64,000 bases of DNA from positions 23,122 through 87,121 of the forward strand of contig CAZJWY010000001.1 of assembly GCA_964549545.1 (NCBI GenBank). The letters are read 5' to 3'. Origin of the DNA: an uncultured Planctomycetaceae bacterium (GTDB taxonomy: Bacteria; Planctomycetota; Planctomycetia; Pirellulales; Lacipirellulaceae). Of this stretch, positions 46,001-51,947 are shown piece after piece. Each line of letters starts with the position of its first letter. The first letter of the stretch is position 1. A program made the position numbers and the translations under genes. The notes below the pieces were generated by a model. It worked only from the letters and a program-made list of their open reading frames with translations. It searched no databases and had not been told where the DNA came from.

Positions 46001-47307
46001 AACTGTTATTGAACGACGCCGATCTCAAGCAGTCGATCAAGGAAAAGAACGGTCACAAAGGTTATGACCAGATTGTCGACGCCGTGCGCTCTGAGGTGGC
46101 GGGCTATCCGCCCGTGGACGGTGCCACGAAGAATATAGCCGCCTTGAATCACGCCGCAGCCGGTGCGTTGATCGTCGCCAAGATACCCGTTATGGCCAAG
46201 CAGCCGCTCGATATGTTGGTCGCTGCCGCAATGGATGAAGGTGGCATAAGCCACTTGGGCAAGGGTCTCGACGAGTTAGCGGCTCGTGGTCCTGCCGCCG
46301 TGCTCACGGAAATGAAGTCGGTACTAGGTCAGCACTCCGGCGAATGGCAGGGTCGTTACGAGGCAGGCAACTACTCGGGCGAGGTGACGAGTGGGTTTAT
46401 CCGCCAGCGTAGCCACTTCCGCCCGTCAACCTTGATCGAGCATGGCGCGGACTCTTTGCAAAAGGCGGAAATGCTAACCGCCGCCATGCCGAACTACTTG
46501 GCAGCCAAGCAAGCTGCCCGTGAACATTTCCGGTTGCAAGCGGGCGACCACAAGGTTTATCTCGACACGCCGGAATGGATAGAGCACGTTGTCGACGGCT
46601 GGGAACGCAAAACAGTGCGCGGTTCTAATTCATCGGATGGCATGGAATTGAGCGGCGCGCTGCGGTTCGCCAAGAAAAACCCGCTCTACAGTCTGGTGGC
46701 TAACTTCTACAACCAAGCCGGTAAAATCTATTCGCTGTTCCCGATGGCTCAGCAGGAGTATCAGAAGGGCAACCACAAGCGGGCCGGTCAGATTGCGGCC
46801 ACCGGCTTAGGTGTCGTGTTGGCCGACGCCATTTTGAGCACGGCACTGGCGACGGGCGACCAGGAAAAGAAACATTCCTTGCCATATCGCACGCTCGCCC
46901 GGTTCGTCGGCGGAATAGCCAGTTTGTTCCCGGCAGGCGGTCAAGAACTTGCCAAGCAAGTTATCGCCCCCGCGTTCGGCATGTCCCGCAGCGGCGGCAA
47001 CCCCATCATGTTGCTTGATCTTGGAATAGGCGCAACGCGCGGCATAACGTCGCTTGCTACGCAGTTGTTGGCCGACGCCGATCGTTCTCTGAAACCGCAA
47101 GACATGTACAAGGCGTGGATTGATATAGGCTACTCCGCTGGCCCACTTCTCGCAATCCCAACGCCCGGTTTCATCGACCTCGGCAAGCGCATTAAAGCAG
47201 GCACGCCCTTCCCCGGTCTCACCGAAGCCGAGCCCAAGCCGGAGCCATTTCGGGAAACGCCGAAACGCCATCGCAAGAGTTTATCAGGTCTGTTTGACAA
47301 CCACTAA
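43051..47307 (+). CDS. Giant ORFan protein (1418 aa)
   Basis: Uninterrupted 4.26-kb ORF with GAGG upstream. N-terminal duplicated DFSALD motif. Long helical middle. Gly/Ala-rich hydrophobic segments in the last ~170 aa. No catalytic motif recognised. Confidence 0.85.
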   Translation: MDISKFDFSALDAADAAPATSMDFSALDLPEDDASVYWGGRQVSKSAILKAAEQRGVSPDAIMRLDTWQGKTEDWLAKRPLGNVALRVTEGFQGVADTVVGGVARAAGYPDVARNVAANRRKREEFLSMVEKGGDIERTLGQRGARIFNNSVQSATEVGLVGISKAPLAVYSYVVGSEFERAMDDGEQHGLEGSDLVSYAGRRAAIEGTMSLLMGKLAKKAGAYTLAESVNPAAGNAIRKFLDAPDVKSKLVAASKSLGGMAAEGVEELLTNGAIQANDLSFGVRDGFDFNELLDAGLSGVTMRGISHVRDLHGVLNDFVKNKLPHVAEGTNAAMVDLERGVNPFLVKDLDGAEFDRQTGREGTTPEFRLSYRDALNHYMSEARANGETGSLERLERDALAIHEEERQRTARIQASKDKAAAQKQNGVVGESQVKVEPVEAHEQPSLTADQRATFNLRDFEALVVEPKIGEALTQPQPKVNPYLRAPWESETRGQRRVRRLSEQVETHKATIKTLRSEAVANKRLTREQQQAALELVRENIPAEDRHKYFQGVIESTRPSAINKLLDRVDTYIGQRDHSLAVQNLKESIRKATNLRPEFAQQVQKSLNSIDLKRFRHREVAETLRQWQQDNPQAIISPKEQGLIDRLAQQNIHSMTADDVRALASHVESLAYQSKLKDTLIGNAEAASVRDTADNIVREIATAPRKEMKSDSLLSTSDDNTTRTIGSLALHEVAERPEVTLRSLSSELSNQIYEPIRKARSRFKLRMANTRQFMSDLFNSVGLEHENSLAKSVAYRTGLPSTKLEGWRSHLREINGTRLTRGEALWLALSSKDPDGIKNLMEHGAELSQGRKLAPVDPHTLAHLFDFIGPEGETWVNGAFEHLNTYVIDGVNTANEKMTGRPLTEKRNVVPLVLADDDYAKLVSKGRAGEVEALADSYGHLKHREGGGRALRIPDNMDAIDMVMSHADRMHRFAEYSVPARNAELLLNDADLKQSIKEKNGHKGYDQIVDAVRSEVAGYPPVDGATKNIAALNHAAAGALIVAKIPVMAKQPLDMLVAAAMDEGGISHLGKGLDELAARGPAAVLTEMKSVLGQHSGEWQGRYEAGNYSGEVTSGFIRQRSHFRPSTLIEHGADSLQKAEMLTAAMPNYLAAKQAAREHFRLQAGDHKVYLDTPEWIEHVVDGWERKTVRGSNSSDGMELSGALRFAKKNPLYSLVANFYNQAGKIYSLFPMAQQEYQKGNHKRAGQIAATGLGVVLADAILSTALATGDQEKKHSLPYRTLARFVGGIASLFPAGGQELAKQVIAPAFGMSRSGGNPIMLLDLGIGATRGITSLATQLLADADRSLKPQDMYKAWIDIGYSAGPLLAIPTPGFIDLGKRIKAGTPFPGLTEAEPKPEPFRETPKRHRKSLSGLFDNH

Positions 47308-47347
47308 GAACCACTAGTCCCCCCTTTTCTTTCGGAGAGTAAACGCA

Positions 47348-48154
47348 ATGAGTACAGAGCCAGAATCACCGCAGCAGAATGACACCCCAGACACTTCGCA
47401 GCAGATATACGGCGGTTCGCTTGCCGGTGGCATAGCGGCATCGCTTGGCGCGAAGAAAGAGCCAAAGCCGTACACCGATCAGGGGCGTGCCTACATTCAC
47501 GCCATGGCTGACGCGACACTTGACCACCGGGAAGCCAAGGCGGCGGTGGAGCGGGATGTTTTCTCCACTGCCATCGAATCCTACAACGCGGCAACAAACG
47601 GCACGAGCAACATCCACGAGGCCTTGCGCGCCGAAGCGGCCGAAGTCGGCGAAGTCAGCAACAAGGATTTCGATGAAGCCCGGTTCGCCAATGAACTCGG
47701 ATTTCAGGCGGACCAATTCAAGCAACTTGGTTTCGAGTCTTACGACGATGCACACTCGTCCGTATCGAAGATGCTTCACAACATGACCGAGAGTGTCGGC
47801 GATGATGGCATTTTGGAAGACTACGCCGCTTTAATGGGCGAGCCCGAGTTGCGGCAGCGGTTGCACACGGAAATAAACTCTTGGCGGTCCCCACGGTTCG
47901 GGCGATCGACTGAGGAGCGCACCGAAGACCAACAATATCACGTCAATCAGATTATCGGCGATATGATTCGCCTGACAAAAGCCCTCGTTCGGCAAGGTCG
48001 ACCGGCCCCGGTCGTTGAGCAAGCATTGCGCCGGGCGCGGTTGGTACGTGATGCCGACTACAAGCCTTCTCACCGCGACCACAAGCCGGAGAAGATCAGC
48101 ACGGCTAATCAGTTCCGAAACATTCACGAACTGTACCAGAACAACCCCTTCTAA
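47348..48154 (+). CDS. Hypothetical protein (268 aa), acidic, with N-terminal glycine-zipper-like segment
   Basis: GGSLAGGIAASLG near the N-terminus. GGAGAG lies about 10 nt upstream of the ATG. Co-directional, 40 bp after the giant ORF. Confidence 0.7.
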   Translation: MSTEPESPQQNDTPDTSQQIYGGSLAGGIAASLGAKKEPKPYTDQGRAYIHAMADATLDHREAKAAVERDVFSTAIESYNAATNGTSNIHEALRAEAAEVGEVSNKDFDEARFANELGFQADQFKQLGFESYDDAHSSVSKMLHNMTESVGDDGILEDYAALMGEPELRQRLHTEINSWRSPRFGRSTEERTEDQQYHVNQIIGDMIRLTKALVRQGRPAPVVEQALRRARLVRDADYKPSHRDHKPEKISTANQFRNIHELYQNNPF

Positions 48155-48209
48155 AACGTCTGTTCCCCGAGGGGCACGGAGGCCCATCTTTTCATAGAGA
48201 GCGAAAACA

Positions 48210-48533
48210 ATGACCCCTGAACATTTTGACGGTTACCTGATTCACGACACGCCACTAGGGCCAGCTATTCGGTTCAAAGGCGGCAAGATTATGCAGTCCG
48301 GCCGCATTGTCGACGGCCGAACTGTGCCATCGGGCCGGTACATGCTCGTCATGCCCAGTCGCCATGACCCTGAATCGCGCCGGTTGCGTTCGTTGCTGGC
48401 CAACATCGGCCGATGGACGGAAGACGATGGCGGCGGCGATTACCGCTTAACCTTCGCTGCCGATGATTTCCACTTAATTGCCGAAATAGTGCAGCCGTTC
48501 AAGGCGGATTACGTCGGCAACTACAACATTTAA
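48210..48533 (+). CDS. Small paralog 1 of 4 (107 aa)
   Basis: Shares the IRFKGGKIMQSGRIVDG...PS ... RW..D ... F ... IAEIV pattern with 48558, 48940 and 49227. Confidence 0.7.
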   Translation: MTPEHFDGYLIHDTPLGPAIRFKGGKIMQSGRIVDGRTVPSGRYMLVMPSRHDPESRRLRSLLANIGRWTEDDGGGDYRLTFAADDFHLIAEIVQPFKADYVGNYNI

Positions 48534-48557
48534 CTTTTCTGAAAGGAACAAACAGCC

Positions 48558-48917
48558 ATGGGCAAGCCCTTCAATTTTGTAGAGACGTACCCTGAGTACG
48601 AATTTGTTGGCGACGTATCGCGTAGCCCGCACATCCCTTTTCGATACGGCAAGATTTATCAACCCGGCCGCATTACTGGCGATCGTTTCGAGCCATCGGA
48701 TAGCAACTTCCTCAACTTGGTATTATCGACGCGCCGGGATAGCCCGGATTGCAATAGCATACGCGCGTTGCTTGAGTCGAATCAGGTCGGGCGGTGGGTT
48801 ACCGATACTGTCGGGCGGCCGGAACAGGTATTCGAGTTCCATCGAAAACATTTTGACCGCGTTGCCGAGATTGTGAAAGCGAACAAGCGCGCCGACGTTG
48901 GCGCGGACAGTATCTAA
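48558..48917 (+). CDS. Small paralog 2 of 4 (119 aa)
   Basis: IPFRYGKIYQPGRITGDRFEPS; closest to paralog 4. Confidence 0.75.
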   Translation: MGKPFNFVETYPEYEFVGDVSRSPHIPFRYGKIYQPGRITGDRFEPSDSNFLNLVLSTRRDSPDCNSIRALLESNQVGRWVTDTVGRPEQVFEFHRKHFDRVAEIVKANKRADVGADSI

Positions 48918-48939
48918 CTTTTCTGAGAGGTGAACAACT

Positions 48940-49224
48940 ATGCCTGATTGGTACGTGCCAAAAGAGTTCTCATTCGTGCAAGGCAATACGATGACTTTCA
49001 AGTATGGGGAGGTTTGGTTTCCCCGCGACTATCCCGGCGAGGCTCGCGTTTACATCCAAGGCCACGATGACGCCGACGCGGAGTTGTCTTTGCTGCGGTC
49101 ACGGCTAATGGGCTACTCCTTCGCGATTGGGAGCTACGGTAGTTTTCAAGAGTTACGGTTTGCCCCGGTTATGGCACCGATGTTGGCGCGGACAATATCT
49201 AACTTTTCTGAAAGGAACAAATAG
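48940..49224 (+). CDS. Small paralog 3 of 4 (94 aa), divergent and possibly frameshifted at the 3' end
   Basis: MTFKYGEVWFPRDYPG. The family-like terminus ...GTDVGADNI* is encoded in another frame (49143-49202). Confidence 0.5.
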   Translation: MPDWYVPKEFSFVQGNTMTFKYGEVWFPRDYPGEARVYIQGHDDADAELSLLRSRLMGYSFAIGSYGSFQELRFAPVMAPMLARTISNFSERNK

Positions 49225-49226
49225 CT

Positions 49227-49565
49227 ATGAGCAAGCCAGCAACATTCGCAGAGAAATACCACGACTACGAAGTCATTGACGACCCCAAAAACGGGCCATA
49301 CATCCCCTTTGAGTTCGGCAAGATTTATCAACCGGGCCGCGTTGTCGACGGTCAATTCGAGCCCTCAAACGGCGGGCAACTCGAACTGACCATATCGAAT
49401 CGCGACGACAACGCCGACTGCAAGGCCATGCGACACGCGCTGGCGTGGGAGGGCCGTCGGATTAGCTGCGATGACGGGTCAATGCGAGCGATGACATTCC
49501 ATCGCAATAACTTCAACCGCATTGCCGGGATTGTGAAACCACAAAAACGATCGGTTGCGGTTTAG
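49227..49565 (+). CDS. Small paralog 4 of 4 (112 aa)
   Basis: IPFEFGKIYQPGRVVDGQFEPS ... FHRNNFNRIAGIVKP. Confidence 0.75.
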   Translation: MSKPATFAEKYHDYEVIDDPKNGPYIPFEFGKIYQPGRVVDGQFEPSNGGQLELTISNRDDNADCKAMRHALAWEGRRISCDDGSMRAMTFHRNNFNRIAGIVKPQKRSVAV

Positions 49566-49591
49566 TCCCACTCATTCCCACAGAGGTAATC

Positions 49592-50212
49592 ATGCGACTG
49601 CGCCACTTAGCCAATCAGCTTAAGACTATCGCCTACGTTCTCGATAGTTTCCGCACGAACGGGGTTTCGTCGCTCTCCGCCCCTGTCGTGCTGGCCGATT
49701 TAACTAAGCTGGCGCAGTTGCTTTTCTCTGTCGACCTACTTCTAGCCGATCGTGGGCCAGCCGATATACGCCATCGGCTAACGCGATGCCGTGACGCTGT
49801 GACTGTGTATGTCGCGGAAGTCACCACCGCCGCCATGCTTGGCGATGTTGAACAGGCGAGCAAGCCGACAAGGCATCGGCTAGCTGCTGCCCTTGGGCAG
49901 ATTGAGGATTGCACTCGAACTCTGCTTAAGTTGCTACGTCCGAAAAGATCGAAGCAGCGCAGCGGTTCAGAGTCGCCCGTTACACTTAGTCCGCCCCAGG
50001 TTGCCAAGGCCCTGAGAGTGAGCCCCGACACTGTGCTCAGTTGGATTCGTACGAAGCAGTTACCCGCTGCGAACGTGGCGACTGGCCCGCGTCCGAGGTG
50101 GGTCGTACAGCGGCCCGACCTGGATACATTCCTACAATCACGACGGCCGCAATCGCAGCCGGCACGTAAGAGAAGTAAGCCAGTCGGGGGCTTTAGAAAA
50201 TATCGAGACTAG
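49592..50212 (+). CDS. Xis/MerR-like HTH protein with ~130-aa N-terminal extension
   Basis: C-terminal LSPPQVAKALRVSPDTVLSWIRTKQLPA...RWVVQRPDLDTFL resembles the excisionase-family HTH. 20-bp convergent overlap with int. Confidence 0.65.
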   Translation: MRLRHLANQLKTIAYVLDSFRTNGVSSLSAPVVLADLTKLAQLLFSVDLLLADRGPADIRHRLTRCRDAVTVYVAEVTTAAMLGDVEQASKPTRHRLAAALGQIEDCTRTLLKLLRPKRSKQRSGSESPVTLSPPQVAKALRVSPDTVLSWIRTKQLPAANVATGPRPRWVVQRPDLDTFLQSRRPQSQPARKRSKPVGGFRKYRD

Positions 50213-51281
50213 GCAGCTTGCCAAGATACCACTGGCGTACGTGGTTCGTGCATTGAAGTAGCTGCTCATCGTAGATCAGTTGGCGGTACGTTGCTGACAT
50301 ATCGTCGCTCGCCGGTACATGGCCCATGACAAGATCAACCACAGCTTGAGTTACGCCGCTTGTGCCTGCGATTGTCTCGAATGTTCGCCGTAACGAATAG
50401 AACTCTGTCACGTCTTTGACATAGAAGTCGTCGACCAGTTTGCGAAAGTGGTAAGCTATGTTGCGCCTGTTCCACTTGCCCGCGAATACCTTGCCGTTGT
50501 TCGTGGCGGTGCGGAGTGCCTTGGCAGTTTCGGGCCAGAGTGGGCTACGCCGTTCGATACCAGTCTTCTCACGGTGGAAGTTATGCCAGCCGTTCTTTAG
50601 GTCTACCCGCTCCGTGGGCAGGTCGCAGCAATCCTTTGGCCCGAACCCGCAGTTGATCCCCAGCAAGATCATACCGCGTATCTCGCCCTTGGAAGTCTTC
50701 ACAATCTCGCGTAGCTGCTTCGACGTGAACAGCCGCACCTTGCTGTTTTTGATTTGCCGTAGGATACGTGCGGCCGGTGCGCGTAGCTCGTCTTCAAAGT
50801 CTAGCGTGACCCGAAACTTACGGGCCATCTTTAGTATCATGCGGGCGACTGTCAGCCGTCGCTTGATCGTGACCGCCCCCAGTTGCTTTGTCTTACCCTG
50901 CCCTAATGCTTCGCGCAGTTGTCCGAAGTCGGCCGGTGTCAACGAGTCTAGTCGGCGGTGCTTGCCCCAAGCGGCCATGACATCGCACACGGTCTCGTAC
51001 TCGTCATAGGTGACCTGAGAGATTTCCCCCAGTCTCAGGGCGCGATCCTTTGGCCCGAGGAAGGTGTCGAGTAGATCGGCAACCTTCGGCTCGTCCGTGG
51101 GGGGACGTAGGCCAGCATAGAGGTAGTCACGCTGCCGGAGGAATGCCGATAAGGCTTCGCCGGAGTCTGCCCACGGGCCGAAGTATTTCAATTTCCCCCG
51201 TATCTTGCAGCACCATTGCCCGTTGTTATGGGCAAACAGGGGGAACTCGTGGTATGGTTTATCTGGCTTCTGCATACTCAA
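50193..51281 (-). CDS. int: Tyrosine recombinase / integrase
   Basis: C-terminal YSLRRTFETIAG ... LVMGHVPASDDMSATY (R..H/Y-x-x-R...H...Y pattern). N-terminal GQWCCKIRGKLKYFGPW motif, as I recall it from planctomycete integrases. Adjacent to attR. Confidence 0.9.
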   Translation of the reverse strand: MSMQKPDKPYHEFPLFAHNNGQWCCKIRGKLKYFGPWADSGEALSAFLRQRDYLYAGLRPPTDEPKVADLLDTFLGPKDRALRLGEISQVTYDEYETVCDVMAAWGKHRRLDSLTPADFGQLREALGQGKTKQLGAVTIKRRLTVARMILKMARKFRVTLDFEDELRAPAARILRQIKNSKVRLFTSKQLREIVKTSKGEIRGMILLGINCGFGPKDCCDLPTERVDLKNGWHNFHREKTGIERRSPLWPETAKALRTATNNGKVFAGKWNRRNIAYHFRKLVDDFYVKDVTEFYSLRRTFETIAGTSGVTQAVVDLVMGHVPASDDMSATYRQLIYDEQLLQCTNHVRQWYLGKLPSLDIF

Positions 51282-51327
51282 TCCTAGCTCCGGGTGTCGG
51301 CGCGGGTGTCGTTAGGATTAAGTATGT

Positions 51328-51356
51328 TTGCCAAAAGTCAAAAAACAACGTAAATT
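51328..51356 (+). promoter_or_regulatory. Element-borne promoter-like sequence upstream of the intact tRNA-Leu
   Basis: TTGCCA-17 nt-TAAATT ending 7 nt before tRNA position 1. Same architecture as 40333-40361. Confidence 0.45.
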
Positions 51357-51363
51357 TAAGCCT

Positions 51364-51448
51364 GGGGATGTGGCGGAATTGGCAGACGCGCTGGACTTAG
51401 GATCCAGTTCCTTCACCGGAGTGCAGGTTCAACTCCTGTCATCCCCAC
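51364..51448 (+). tRNA. tRNA-Leu (anticodon UAG), type II with long variable arm
   Basis: Acceptor GGGGATG/CATCCCC. Anticodon stem CTGGA/TCCAG with loop CTTAGGA. Variable arm TTCCTTCACCGGAGT. T-arm GCAGG-TTCAACT-CCTGT. CCA not fully encoded. Confidence 0.9.
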
Positions 51449-51567
51449 CTGTTTTTAAGGCGTTTTTGGAATCATTGGTTTCACCAGCCGGCGGAGTGTT
51501 ACCCAAAGTGTTACCCACTGCCGCCCACAACGCTTCGGCCGTCGCCTGGGCGTTCCGGCCAACGTAA

Positions 51568-51871
51568 AACTTTTTCGTCGTGCCGATGGACAATCTGAAC
51601 ACGCACGAGATCGCCTCCCTGTACGAGGCGTTCGAGCTGGTCGAAGCGTGGCGGCTCGTCGAGAAATTCAAGACTCATTTTTACACGCCCAATTCCCGAC
51701 GTCCGCTCGCTCTGCTGGGAGATCAAGGCTTGAAAACAATCACCCAATAACGCGAAAGCCAAGATTGTCTGGCAATTCACCACCAACGACGTCCGCATCA
51801 AATGGAAAAACTTTACCCGCGACGGGACGTTGGCGGACAAAGCTTATAGCAAAGCGCAGCACACAGCCTAG
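51568..51871 (+). pseudogene. IS630-family transposase remnant (C-terminal part only; internal deletion, frameshift, in-frame stop)
   Basis: ...VVPMDNLNTHEIASLYEAFE...HFYTP, then in another frame PIPDV..LCWEIKA*...AKAKIVWQFTTNDVRIKW. This matches the DNLNTH ... HYTPKH ... W.FT..DARIKL signature of IS630 DDE transposases. Confidence 0.7.
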
Positions 51872-51947
51872 AACTGCGTTGTGAGCGAAAGTGGCACTTG
51901 CTTCGTAGCGGTCGGCGGCGGTCCTGGTTAAACTGGGCCGAGTCGTT

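Larger units (their letters stand above)
40376..51402. mobile_element. Integrative element (~11 kb) inserted in tRNA-Leu(UAG)
   Basis: Flanking 40-bp direct repeats; tyrosine integrase next to the intact tRNA; Xis-like HTH; serine recombinase; ORFan cargo. Confidence 0.8.

Noticed and set aside
43051-47307. Calling the 1418-aa protein a classical polymorphic toxin (Rhs/CdiA/MafB-type)
   Set aside because: I see no signal peptide, no RHS/YD or filamentous-haemagglutinin repeats, no PAAR/LXG/WXG-type N-terminal trafficking domain and no recognisable C-terminal toxin motif. Only the architecture (giant ORF plus paralog array) is suggestive, so it stays a hypothesis in the findings.
51326-51334. 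GTTTGCCAA as an inverted copy of the TTGGCAAAC iteron core near attR
   Set aside because: A 9-mer match is expected by chance at this window size. Here it is better explained as the -35 region (TTGCCA) of the tRNA promoter-like sequence.
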